DNA from: Squalus acanthias
Lineage: Eukaryota
Assembly: GCA_030390025.1 (NCBI GenBank)
Contig: CM059431.1
Coordinates: 126,110,001-126,174,000, forward strand
DNA length: 64,000 nucleotides
Direction: 5' to 3'
In this document: positions 12,500 through 24,600 of the stretch, one piece after another
How positions within the stretch are numbered: position 1 is the first letter of the stretch
How the letters are laid out: every line of letters starts with the position of its first letter
Made by a program: the position numbers and the translations under genes
The notes under the pieces: model-generated
The model's input: only the letters and a program-made list of their open reading frames with translations
Database searches by the model: none
What the model was told of the DNA's origin: nothing

Positions 12500-13467
12500 G
12501 GACCTAGAAATTTGGTAGTCCCCGAAAACGGGCACAGGGATCGCGATGTGAAAGCAACCCGCACCTGTTCGGAGGACTGCAGGCAGCACCTAAAATTCAC
12601 GCTGCCTGCTATTTTGCATTATTGTAGCATTCAGCCGAGCGCTGAGCGCCGAGCGCTGAGCACTGAACACGCTGCTGAGTGGCTTAATGCTCAGCAGGGG
12701 GCCCAAGTTCGGGTGAGGCTTGCTCCAATTAAAGCTAGCCTGCACCTCTTAAATGGAAGCTGGCTTCTGCCTGCAACAGGTGGTGGAAATGCTTGTGGAG
12801 GCTACTGGTATAAAAAGACTGAGTAATGGCTCAACAGGCATGAGAAAGGCTCCAAGGTTCTCAGATGCAGCACTGGAGGTGTTGTTCCAGGAGGTCAACT
12901 CCAGGAGAGAAGTCCTCTTCCCAACAAGGGCCAGGAGGCCCTCCAGGCAACAGACAAGACGGCAGTGGGAGCAGATAGCCAACGTGGCCAATGCCAGTAG
13001 TATAGCCGCGAGGACCTGGACTCAGTGCAGGAAGAAGTTTAATAACTACACACGCGAGGTCAAGGTCGGTGAATTCATCTTCAAATGCCATACCCCACCA
13101 TTTGCCTCACACCTGCTCAATGCACCACACCCTCAATCACTCACCTACCAACCATTTCTACCAAATACCTCACATTTGTAGCTTCAACTCACCCGCACAC
13201 ACTTATCACTGCTGCAAGACTCACATCAACATCTCACAGCTTGAACACACTGTCAGCTATTAAACCATGACAGGCACATCACCCAAACAGATTACGCCAC
13301 ACAAACTGACACACTTCTCTTTCTCTTGCAGGAAAAGGTGGCACATAAAAGACGCCAGCAGACATTAACTGGCGGGGACAGACTTGGCTGCATCACCTCA
13401 CTCCCTTGGAGGAGATGGTGTTGGCCATTCTTGGCTGAGGCATGGCTGAGCCCGTGGCAGGGCTGAA
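12500..13467 (+). mobile_element. Harbinger H2, left part: Myb/SANT gene exon 1 and start of exon 2
   Basis: ORF 12753-13181 APRFSDAALEVL...RTWTQCRKKFNN; donor AAG|GT at 13065, acceptor CAG at 13329-13331; collinear with H3. Confidence 0.88.
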
Positions 13468-15200
13468 ACATAGAAACATAGAAGATAGGAGCAGGAGCAG
13501 GCCATTCGGCCCCTCGAGCCTGCTCCACCATTCAATGATATCATGGATGATCATCCAAATTCAGTACCCTGACCCTGCTTTCTCCCCATATCCCTTGATC
13601 CCTTTAGCCTTAAGAAATATATCTAACTCCTTCTTGAATATATTTAATGAATTGGCCTCAACTGCCTTCTGTGGTAGAGAATTCCACAGGTTCACCACTC
13701 TCTGGGTGAAGAAATTCCTCCTCATCTCAGTCCTAAATGGCTTACCCCTTATCCTTAGACTGTGACCCCTGGTTCTGGACTCCCCCGCCATCGGGAACAT
13801 CCTTCCTGCATCTAGTCTGTCTAGTCCTGTTAGAATTTTATAAGTTTCAATGAGATCCCCTCTCATTCTTCTAAACTCTAGCGAATACAAGCCCAATCGT
13901 CCCAATCTCTCTTCATACGTCATTCCTGCCATCCCAGGTATCAGTCTGGTGAATCTTCGCTGCACCCCTTCCATGGCAAGAACATCCTTCCTGAGATAAG
14001 GTGAACAAAACTGCACACAATACTCAAGGTGTGGTCGCACCAAGGCCCTGTACAACTGCAGCAAGACATCCTTGTTCCTGTACTCGAATCCTCTCGCTAT
14101 GAAGGCCAACATACCATTTGCCTTCTTAACCGCCTGCTGCACCTGCATGCTTACCTTCAGTGACTGGTGCACAAGGACACCCAGGTCTCGTTGCACTTCC
14201 CCTTTTCCCAATCTATTGCCGTTCAGATAATAATCTGCCTTCCTGCTTTTGCCACCAAAGTGGATAACCTCGCATTTATTCACATTATACTGCATCTGCC
14301 ATGCATCTGCCCAATCACCCAACTTGTCCAAATCATACTGGAGTTTCTCTGCATCTTCCTTACAACACACACGCCCACCCAGCTTTGTGTTGTCTGCAAA
14401 CTTGGAGATATTACATCTAGTTCCCTTGCCTAGATCATTAATATATATTGTGAATAACTGGGGTCCTAGCACCGATCCCTGCGGTACCCCACTAGTCACT
14501 GCCTGCCACTCGGAAAAAGACCTGTTTATTCCAACTCTTTGCTTCCTGTCTGCCAACCAGTTCTCTATCCAAGTCAGTACCTTAAACCCAATCCCATGTG
14601 CTTTAACTTTGCATGCCAATCTCTTATGCGGGACCTTATCGAAAGCCTTCTTAAAGTCCAAATACACCACATCCACTGGTTCTCCCTTATCTATTCTACA
14701 AGTTACATCCTCAAAAATTCCAGTAGATTAGTCAAGCATGATTTACCTTTTGTAAATCCATTTTGACTTTGTCCGATCCTGTCACTGTTTTCCAAGTGCT
14801 CTGCTATTACATCTTTTATAATGGACTCTAGCATTTTCCCCACTACCGATGTCAGGCTTACCGATCAATAATTCCCCATTTTCTCTCTACCACCTTTTTT
14901 AAATAGTGGGGTTACATTAGCTACCCTCCAATCCATGGGAATTGTTCCAGAGTCTATAGAATTTGGGAAGATGACCAGCAATGCATCTACTATTTCTAGG
15001 GCCACTTCCTTAAGTACCCTAGGATGTAGATTATCAGGCCCTGGGGATTTATCGGCCTTCAACCCCGTCAATTTCCCCAACACCATTTCCCTACAAATAC
15101 TGATTTCATTCAGTTCCTCCCTCTCATTAGACCCTATGTTCCCCGACATCTCTGGGAGGTTATTTGTGTCCTCCTTTGTGAAGACAGAACCAAAGTATGT
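13465..15200 (-). mobile_element. CR1 LINE A, 3' part (RT domain, 3' UTR, octamer tail)
   Basis: ORF 13561-14676 with [27 protein letters not shown]; (TTCTATGT)n tail at 13465-13483. Confidence 0.95.
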
Positions 15201-18200
15201 CAAGGATGTCTCAGAGCGGCTGCAGAACATTCTGGAAAGGGAGGGTGAAGAGCCAGCTGTCGTGGTGCATGTAGGTACCAACGATATAGGTAAAAAGCAG
15301 GAAGAGGTCCTACAAGCAGAATTTAGGGAGCTAGGAGCTAAATTGAAAAGTAGGACCTCAAAGGTAGTAATCTCTGGGTTGCTAACAGTGCCACGTGCTA
15401 ATCAGAGTAGCATGAACAGGATAGCGAGATTAAATACGTGGCTTGAGCAGTGGTGCAGGAGGGACGGATTCAAATACCTGAGGCATTGGAACCAGTTCTG
15501 GGGGAAGTGGGACCTGTACAAAAGGGACGGTCTGTACTTGGGCAGGACTGGAACCGATGTCCTCGGGGTAATATTTGCTAAGGCAGTTCGGGAGGATTTA
15601 AACTAATATGGCAGGGGAATGGGAACCTATGTAGCGAAACAGGGGGAAGTAATATGCAGTCAGAAACAAATGTTAGAAGGGTGAGAAACAATAAGGGAAA
15701 TCCGAGTAAACAAAGGCAAGAAACACAAAGGGCCATACTAAATCATAAGTCTAAAAGGACAAAGGGTGTTAATAAAACAAGCCTAAAGGCTCTGTGTCTT
15801 AATGCAAGGAGTATCCGTAATAAGGTGGATGAATTGACTGTGCAAATTGATGTTAATGGATATGATGTGATTGGGATTACAGAGACGTGGCTCCAGAACA
15901 ATCAAGGCTGGGAACTGAATATCCAGGGGTATTCAACATTCAGGAAGGATAGAATAAAAGGAAAAGGTGGTGGGGTAGCATTGCTGGTTAAAAAGGAGAT
16001 TAATGCAGTAGCTAGGAAGGACATGAGCTTGGAGGATGTGGAATCAATATGGGTTGAGCTGCAGAACACCAAAGGGCAGAAAACATTAGTGGGGGTTGTG
16101 TACAGACCTCCAAACAGTAGTAGTGAGGTGGGGGAGGGTATGAAACAGGAAATCAGAGGTGCATGCAAAAAGGGCGCAGCAGTTATCATGGGTGACTTTG
16201 ATATGCATATAGATTGGGCTACTCAAACTGGAAGCAATACGGTGGAGGAGGATTTCCTGGAGTGTTCAAGGGATGGTTTCCTAAACCAATATGTTGAGGA
16301 ACCAACTAGAGGGGAGGCCATCCTGGACTGGGTGTTGTGTAATGAGGAAGGACTAATCAGCAATCTTGTGGTGCGAGGCCCCTTGGGGAAGAGTGACCAT
16401 AGTATGGTGGAGTTCTACATTAGGATGGAGAAGGAAACAGTTAATTCAGAGACCATGGTCCAGAACTTAAATAAGGGCAACTTTGAGGGTATGCGGCGTG
16501 AATTGGCGAGGTTAGATTGGCAAGCGATATTTAAGGGGTTATCAGTGGAAGGGCAATGGCGGACATTTAGAGATCGCATGGATGAACTACAGCAATTGGA
16601 CATCCCTGTCTGGCGTAAAAATAAAAAAGGGAAGGTGGCTCAACCATGGCTAACAAGGGAAATCAGGGATAGTATTAAAAGCAAGGAAGTGGCATACAAA
16701 TTGGCCAGAAGTAGCAGCAAACCCAGGGACTGGGAGAACTTTAAAACTCAGCAGAGGAGGACGAAGGGTTTGATTAGGGCAGGGAAAATAAAATATGAAA
16801 GGAAGCTTGCAGAGAACATTAAAACGGACTGCAAAAGCTTCTATAAATATGTAAAAAGAAAGAGGTTAGTAAAAACAAACATAGGTTCCCTGCAGTCAGA
16901 AACAGGGGAAGTCATAATGGGGAACAAAGAAATGGCAGATCAATTGAACAAGTACTTTGGTTCGGTGTTTACTGTGGAGGACACAAACAACCTTCCGGAA
17001 ATAAAAGAGATTAAAGGATCTGGTAAGAGGGAGGAGCTGAGGGAAATCCTGATCAGTCGGGAAAAGGTATTGGGGAAATTGATGGGACTGAAGGCTGATA
17101 AATCCCCAGGGCCTGATGGTCTGCATCCCAGAGTACTTAAGGAGGTGGCCTTGGAAATAGTGGATGCATTGACGATCATTTTCCAACATTCCTTAGACTC
17201 TGGATCAGTTCCGAAGGAGTGGAGGGTGGCTAATGTTACCCCTCTTTTTAAAAAAGGAGGGAGGGAGAAAGCAGGGAATTATAGACCGGTCAGCCTGACA
17301 TCGGTGGTAGGTAAAATGATGGAATCAATTATTAAAGATGTCATAACAGACCATTTGGAAAGTGGCGACATGATAGATTCAAGTCAGCATGGATTTGTGA
17401 AAGGGAAATCATGCTTGACAAATCTTCTGGAATTTTTTGAGGATGTTTCTAATAGGGTGGACGGGGAGGAACCAGTAGATGTGGTGTATTTGGACTTTCA
17501 GAAGGCCTTCGACAAGGTCCCACACAAGAGATTGGTGTGCAAAGTTAAAGCACATGGGATTGGGGGTAATGTGTTGACGTGGATTGAGAACTGGTTGGCA
17601 CACAGGAAACAAAGAGTAGGAGTAAATGGGTACTTTTCAGAATGGCAGGCAGTGACCAGCGGGGTACCGCAGGGTTCGGTGCTGGGGCCCCAGCTGTTTA
17701 CATTATATATTAATGATTTGGACGAAGGGATTAATTGTAATATCTCCAAATTTGCGGATGACACTAAATTGGGAGGCAGTGTGAACAATGAGGAGGATGC
17801 TAGGAGGCTACAGAGTGACTTGGACAGGTTGGGTGAATGGGCAAATGTATGGCAGATGAAGTACAATGTGGATAAATGTGAGGTTATCCACTTTGGTGGT
17901 AAAAATAGGGAGGCAGACTATTACCTGAATGGTGGCAGATTAGGGAAAGGGGAGGTGCAACGAGACCTGGGCGTCATGGTACATCAGTCACTGAAGGTGG
18001 GAAGGCAAGTGCAGCAGGCAGTCAAGAAAGCAAATGGCATGATGGCCTTCATAGCAAGGGGATTTGAGTACAGGAGTAGGGAGGTGATGCTACAGTTGTA
18101 CAGGGCCTTGGTGAGGCCACACCTGGAGTATTGTGTGCAGTTTTGGTCTCCTAACTTGAGGAAGGACATTCTTGCTATTGAGGGAGTGCAACGAAGGTTC

Positions 18201-18691
18201 ACTAGATTGATTCCTGGGATGGCCAGACTGACATATCAAGAAAGACTGGATCAACTGAACTTGTATCCTCTGGAGTTCAGAAGAATGAGGGGGGATCTTA
18301 TAGAGACGTTTAAAATCCTGACTGGTTTAGACAAATTAGATGCGGGCAGAATGTTTCCAATGTTAGGGAAAACTAAAACCAGGGGTCACAGTCTAAGGAT
18401 AAAGGGGAAGCCATTTAAGACTGAGATGAGGAGGAACTTCTTCACCCAGAGAGTGGTGAATCTGTGGAATTCTCTACCACAGAAGGATGTTGAGGCCAGT
18501 TCGCTAAATATATTCAAAAGGGAGTTAGATATAATACTCACAACGAGGGGGATCAAGGGGTATGGTGAGAAAGCAGGAATGGGGTACTGAGGTAGCATGT
18601 TCAGCCATGAATGCATTAAATGGCAGTGCAGGCTCGAAGGACCGAATGGTCTACTCCTGCACCTATTTTCTATGTTTCTATGTTTCTATGT
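15201..18691 (+). mobile_element. CR1 LINE B, 5'-truncated within ORF1, inserted antisense into CR1 A
   Basis: 9-bp TSD AAAGTATGT (15192-15200, 18692-18700); ORF1 esterase remnant 15201-15606; (TTCTATGT)n tail. Confidence 0.96.
15654..18590 (+). CDS. CR1 ORF2 protein, AP-endonuclease + reverse transcriptase, 978 aa, uninterrupted
   Basis: [72 protein letters not shown]. Confidence 0.95.
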   Translation: MQSETNVRRVRNNKGNPSKQRQETQRAILNHKSKRTKGVNKTSLKALCLNARSIRNKVDELTVQIDVNGYDVIGITETWLQNNQGWELNIQGYSTFRKDRIKGKGGGVALLVKKEINAVARKDMSLEDVESIWVELQNTKGQKTLVGVVYRPPNSSSEVGEGMKQEIRGACKKGAAVIMGDFDMHIDWATQTGSNTVEEDFLECSRDGFLNQYVEEPTRGEAILDWVLCNEEGLISNLVVRGPLGKSDHSMVEFYIRMEKETVNSETMVQNLNKGNFEGMRRELARLDWQAIFKGLSVEGQWRTFRDRMDELQQLDIPVWRKNKKGKVAQPWLTREIRDSIKSKEVAYKLARSSSKPRDWENFKTQQRRTKGLIRAGKIKYERKLAENIKTDCKSFYKYVKRKRLVKTNIGSLQSETGEVIMGNKEMADQLNKYFGSVFTVEDTNNLPEIKEIKGSGKREELREILISREKVLGKLMGLKADKSPGPDGLHPRVLKEVALEIVDALTIIFQHSLDSGSVPKEWRVANVTPLFKKGGREKAGNYRPVSLTSVVGKMMESIIKDVITDHLESGDMIDSSQHGFVKGKSCLTNLLEFFEDVSNRVDGEEPVDVVYLDFQKAFDKVPHKRLVCKVKAHGIGGNVLTWIENWLAHRKQRVGVNGYFSEWQAVTSGVPQGSVLGPQLFTLYINDLDEGINCNISKFADDTKLGGSVNNEEDARRLQSDLDRLGEWANVWQMKYNVDKCEVIHFGGKNREADYYLNGGRLGKGEVQRDLGVMVHQSLKVGRQVQQAVKKANGMMAFIARGFEYRSREVMLQLYRALVRPHLEYCVQFWSPNLRKDILAIEGVQRRFTRLIPGMARLTYQERLDQLNLYPLEFRRMRGDLIETFKILTGLDKLDAGRMFPMLGKTKTRGHSLRIKGKPFKTEMRRNFFTQRVVNLWNSLPQKDVEASSLNIFKRELDIILTTRGIKGYGEKAGMGY

Positions 18692-21433
18692 AAAGTATGT
18701 ATTTAATTGGTCTGCCATTTCTTTGTTCCCCATTATAAATTCCCCTGATTCTGACTGCAAGGGACCTACACTTGACTTCACCAATCTTTTTCTCTTCACA
18801 TATCTGTAGAAGCTTTTATAGTCAGTTTTAATGTTCCATGCAACCTTACTCTCATACTCTACTTCCCCCCTCTTATTTAACCCCTTTGTCCTCCTTTGCT
18901 GAATCCTAAACTGCTCCCAATCCTCAGGTTTGCTGCTTTTTCTGGCCAATTTATATGTCCTCTCCTTGGATCTTATGCTATCCCTAATTTCCCTTGTTAG
19001 CCACAGTTGAGTCACCTTTTTTGTTTTATTTTTATGCCAAACAGGGATGAAAAAATTCTGTAGTTCATCTATGCGATCTTTAAATGCTTGCCATTGCCTA
19101 TCAACCGTCAACTCTTTAAGTAACGTTCCCCAATCCATCCTTGCCAATTCGCGCCTCATACCATCGTAGTTTCCTTTATTTAAATTCAGGACCCTAGTCT
19201 CTGAGTCAACTACTTCACTCTCCATCTTAATGAAGAATTCCATCATATTATGATCGCTCCTCCCCAAGGGGCCTCGCACAACAAGATTGCTAATTAATCC
19301 TTTCTCATTATATAATTCCCAGTCTAAGATGGCCTGATCTCCAGTTGGTTCCTCGACATATTGGTTCAGGAAACCATCCCGTATACACTCTAGGAATTCC
19401 TCCTCCACAGTATTGTTACTAATTTGGTTAGCCCAATCTATATGTAGATTAAAGTCACCCATGATAACTGCTGTGCCCTTATTGCACGCATCTCTAATTT
19501 CCCGTTTAATGCCATCCCCAACCTCAGCATTACTGTTTGGGGGTCTGTATACAACTCCCACTAACATTTTCTGCACCTTGGTATTTCTCAGCTCTACCCA
19601 TACAGATTGCACATCATCAGAGCTAATATCCTTCCTTACTATTGTGTTAATCTCCTCTTTAACCAGCAATGCTACCCCACCTCCTTTTCCTTTTTGCCTG
19701 TCCCTCCTGAATATTGAATACCCCTGGATGTTGAATTCCCAGCCTTAGTCACCTTGGAGCCACATCTGCGTAATCCCAATTATATCATATCCATTTACAT
19801 CTATTTGCGCAGCCAATTCATCCACCTTATTATGAATGCTCCTCGCATTAAGACACAAAGACTTCGGGCTTGTTTTTTTAAAAAACACTTTTTGACCTTT
19901 GTTATTTACTGTGGCCATGTTTGATTTACACCTTTGATTTCTCTGACTGCCATTTTTGCTTTTCTCCTTCCTGTCTTTTGCTTCTATCCTTGCTTCCCTT
20001 TCCTCTGTCTCCCTGCACAGGGTCGCAACCCCCTGCCATTTTAGTTTAAACCCTCCCCAACAGCATTAGCAAACACTCTCCCTGGGACATCAGTCCCGGT
20101 CCTGCCCAGGTGCAAACCGTCCAGTTTGTACTGGTCCCACCTCCCCCAGAACCGGTTCCAATGTCCCAGGAATTTGAATCCCTCCCCCTTGCACCATTCC
20201 TCTAGCCATGTATTCATCTGAAATATCCTCCTATTTCTACTCTGACTAGCACGTGACACCGGTAGCAGTCCTGAGATTACTACCTTTGAGGTCCTATTTT
20301 TTAATTTACCTCCCAACTCCCTATATTCAGCTTTTAGGACCTCATCCCGGTTTTTACCTATATCGTTGGTACCTATATGCACCACGACAACTGGCTGTTT
20401 ACCCTCCCTCTCCAGAATGCCCTGCAGTCGCTCCGAGACATCCTTGACCCTTGCACCAGGGAGGCAACATACCATCCTGGAGTCTCGTTTGTGGCTGCAG
20501 AAACGCCTATCTATTCCCCTTACAATAGAATCCCCTATTACTATAGCTCTCCTGCTCTTTTTCCTCCCGTCCTGTGCAGCAGAACCACCCATGGTGCCAG
20601 GAAGTTGGCTGCTGCTGCCTTCCCCCGATAAGCCATCTCCCTCAACAATATCCAAAGTGGTATATCTGTTTGAGAGGGGGATGGCCACAGGGGACCCCTA
20701 AACTACCTGCCTGCGCCTACTACTCTTCCTGGCGGTCACCCATTCCCTTCCTGCCTGTGCAGCCTTTACCTGCGGTGTGACCAACTGATTAAACGTGCTT
20801 TCCACGACGTCCTCAGCATCGCGAATGCTCCAGTATGTATCCATTCGCAGCTCCAGCGCCACAATGCGGTCTGCCAGTAGCTGCAGCTGGATACACTTCC
20901 CACACACATGGTCGTCAGGGACACAGGAAGTGTCCCTGATTTCCCACATAGTGGAGGAGGAGCATAGCACGGGGCCAAGCTGTGCTGCCATGACTTACAC
21001 TTTAATTAATTTAAATTAAATTAAATCAAAGCCACTAATTGCACTACAATTAAATGATATACTCAAGGGCCCTTGTTTACTAGTACTCCCCGCTACACAA
21101 CAGAGACCTTAGAAACTATAACCACAAAAATTAGGACCTTCTAAACTTTATAAACTATTAACCTTAACTGTCAAACTATAGAGTAGTATAAATACTCACC
21201 TGGCCATACTCCCCCAATCAGCTGCTTCCTCTTGCCCGTATCACTTTTTGAATCGTGGCGTGGCTCTGGAACGCCGCCGCCGGTTTGCGAGATTGACCAG
21301 CCTTTGAAAAAAAGCCCGCGAAAGTAAGTTTAAATACTCAGGGTGAAAAGTTAGGAAAAACAAAGGGGACGCAAGGGAGCTCCTCCTTCCACTCCTCACC
21401 CAACTAGCAGCACTCTGTTGAAAGCACACTCAG
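18692..21433 (-). mobile_element. CR1 LINE A, 5' part (5' UTR, ORF1, APE half of ORF2)
   Basis: APE ORF 18686-19669 (VYRPP, GDFN, SDH); joins 15200 exactly once CR1 B is removed. Confidence 0.95.
20041..20991 (-). pseudogene. CR1 A ORF1: zinc-finger/leucine zipper plus SGNH esterase-like domain
   Basis: Degenerate Cys motif with CGKC, heptad leucines, IGDSIVRG, CLPGA, HIGTND, DGLHL; one in-frame stop near 20698. Confidence 0.9.
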
Positions 21434-21457
21434 TGCAAAATCGCACTTCAAAGCCTG

Positions 21458-21464
21458 TTTTATA
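21458..21464 (-). promoter_or_regulatory. Candidate TATA box (TATAAAA) 30 nt upstream of the CR1 A leader
   Basis: Minus strand CCTATAAAACAGG; first T at 21464, pyrimidine-A start (GCACTG) at 21434. Confidence 0.55.
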
Positions 21465-21631
21465 GGCCCTGAAACAAAGGAGACTTGCTGAGCCCAGCTA
21501 CAGGAAAACCAGCTTAATCTAGTTTCCCTAATTAACTGCCTTCAGCTGCTCTGAATTGTAGGCCTTGGAACTCTTTTAAGCAAACATAAAACTACTATAA
21601 ATCAATAAAACTTTAAATAAAACTTAACAGC

Positions 21632-24600
21632 TTAAATTAAAATTATATTAACCAGGGAGACGATGCACTCCAGTCCCCAAGGCGCCCACCGGTCTCGGAA
21701 GGCTTCAAGTATGCCGGCGGACACCGCGTGCTCCATCTCCAGGGCCTCCCGGGCGCAAACATAGCCGCGGAAGAGAGGCAGGCAATCTGGCCGAACGACC
21801 CCCTCGACCGCCCGCTGCCTGGACCTGTTAATGGCCACTTTGGCCAGGCCCAGTCCTACGAGGAGGTCCTCTGACCAGCCCGCTCCCCTCCGCACCGGGT
21901 GACCGTAGATCAGGAGCATGTGACTGAAGTGCAACCAAATAGCGAGGAGCAGCCCCTTCAAATATTGAAAGAGGGGCTGCAACCTCTCACACTCTACATA
22001 CACGTGGAACACTGACTCCTCGAGGCCGCAAAAAAGACAGGCGGCCTGGGAGTCCGTAAACCTACTTAAGAGCTGATTGCATGGGACTGGTCCGTGCAAC
22101 ACCCTCCAGGCCAAGTCCCCAATAGAAAAGGGGAGGACTCCCGTGTAGAGAGCCCTCCATCGGGGACCTTTGCCTCTGCCGGACGGCAAGATGGCACGCC
22201 AAGGCGTGTCCGGGCGGCAGACGAAGATGGCAAAGTGGAGAGTGTGCAGGAGCAGCCCGTACAGGAAACCCCTCCGTGCAGAACTAAAAGGCACGGAGGG
22301 CATTTCCCTAAGACGGCTCAAGTTGTGAGGCACCGGTTCCCGAGAGGGGTTTCGGGGCCGCGCGCCGATGAGGAATTCCGTCTGAACGGGGGTCAGTTCG
22401 GATGGGATCGCCCCGCATGCTTGAGCCTCCTCGATACACCTAGTGGAGTCGGGGCCCAGTGCCACTTTCAGCGACCCGATGGCTTTGGCCGTGCACCAGA
22501 CGTCGACCCAGGAGAGGCGCCGCGCCAACTCCTCCGGCGCCATCCAGCCCGCTCCTCCGCCATCGAGCAGGTCCCCGACTCTAGTCACCTTGCCAGGCAC
22601 AGCCCTGCCCTCCGCAAGTCACCCGATCCGTCTGACGTGGAGGTGCAGATTCCTGAGCAGCGGCTCCCGAAGGAGAGCCGTTACTCCTGACAGGGGAGAA
22701 CTCCGCCTGGAGGCGACTTGGTTCCAGACCCATAGCAGTTCCTGGTAGAAGACAGGCAGCTCCCACAGGTAGGCACGCGTACAGCCTAATTCCACAAATA
22801 GGAGCTGCGTGTCGTAGTTGAGGGCGTGCATCTGACGGAAGAAATACGTCGCCAGCGCACACCATCTGGGAGGATTCTCGACGTAAAGGTATCTCTGCAG
22901 CGTCTGAAGACTGAAAGTCGCCGCCTGGGTGCAAAGGCACACCAGCGCCTGACCGCCCTCCCTAAGTGGGAGACACAGAACCGTGGCTTGGACCCAGTGC
23001 TTCCTTTTGTCCCAGAAGCAGTCGACGAACTTCCTCTGCATCTTGGCGACAAACGCAGGGGGAGGGATCAAAGTGACCAACCGGTACCACAACATGGCGG
23101 CCACCAGCTGGTTTATGACCAGCGCTCAACCCCTGTAGGACAACACTTGGAGCAACCCCGTCCAGCGTCCTAGGCGAGCGGTGACTTTGGCCTCCAGCTC
23201 TTGCCAGTTCGCTGGCCAGGCGTCCTCAACAGGGCCGAGGTAGACTCCCAGGTAGAGGAGGTGCGTGGTGCTCCAGGCGAAAGGCCTGAACTCCTCCGGC
23301 AGGGAGTCCATCCGGCACGGGCCCACCAGGAGTCCAGAACATTTCTCCCAGTTGATCTTGGCGGAGGATGTGTCCGAGTAAATCTGCTGGCATTCTCGCA
23401 TCACCCGCAAGTCGACGGGATCCGTGACCATGAGGAGCACGTCATCGGCGTAAGCTGAGAGGACGACCTCCACGCCCGGCCCTTGCAGAGCCAGTCCCGT
23501 CAACCTCTTCCGGAAGAGGCGCAGGAAAGGCTCCACGCAAACAGCATATAACTGACCGGACATGGGGCATCCCTGACGTACCCCCCTCCCGAAGCGAAGG
23601 GTCGCCGTCAAAGACCCGTTAGCTTTAATCAGACACTCTGCGGCAGCGTACAGAAGTTGGATCCGGGCGACGAAATGCGTCCCGAACCCGAATGTGCGCA
23701 GAGTTCCGAAAAGATACTCGTGATCCACCCTGTCGAACGCCTTCTCCTGATCCAGGGAAAGGAAGGCGACCGACAGACCAGCCCTCTGGGAAAAGTGGAT
23801 CAGGTCCCGGACCAGATGGATGTTGTCGTGGATAGACCAGCCCGGGACCGTTGTGGAAGTGCAGTTTTTGTCTCGGACAAAATGGTGTCCTTGAATTTAA
23901 ACTAATAAAATGGCCGACTCTGACTTGTGTGGAAAAGGGAAAAAATCCATTGTTATGTTCTTTTCTGAAAATAACTTTAAATTCTTAGACTATGCTGTCA
24001 GCAAAAGACTGCCTGCACAAAAGAAAACAGGCTTAATATTGAGATAACCAAGGGCTAGTAAAGTAAACAAACCAGTCGCCTTGGCCTTGGTAAGAGAAGT
24101 AAAATAGATAGACTCCATTTTATAGAGATTAGCTAGTCTCATTGTAAGGCATTTCTAATGTGTTTTTTCTAATTGTTAACTTAGCTTACCTTAAACAACA
24201 TGTCATGTGATATTATACTGTATAAGAATACTCCATTTTCTGTGATTCGGAAGTCTGTCATCATAGCTAATTGGGCTATGGTTGCAGTCTCCTTGCAAGT
24301 AAAATATAATAAAAAGCCTTCTTTGACGATATTGTTTACAAGAGTCTTTAATCAGAAGTCAAACTTCGACACCGTGTAGGATGAGTTGGGGTGGATCATG
24401 TGGGCCAGCACAGTGCCAAGGTGGGCAGACATGGCCCTGGGAAAAATTTTATAGTCCGTGCTGAGGACGGAGACCGGGCGCCAGTTTTTTTAAAAGGCGG
24501 AGATCACCCCTCTTGCGCAGCAGGATGATGACTGCCCTGCACCAAGAGAGGGGCATCTCCCCGGTCGCCAGACTTTCCCCCAGGACCCGCGCGTAGTCGT

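Noticed and set aside
14935..15606. 223-aa ORF with an esterase-like C-terminus
   Set aside because: Chance fusion of antisense CR1 A sequence to the truncated ORF1 of CR1 B at the 15200/15201 junction.
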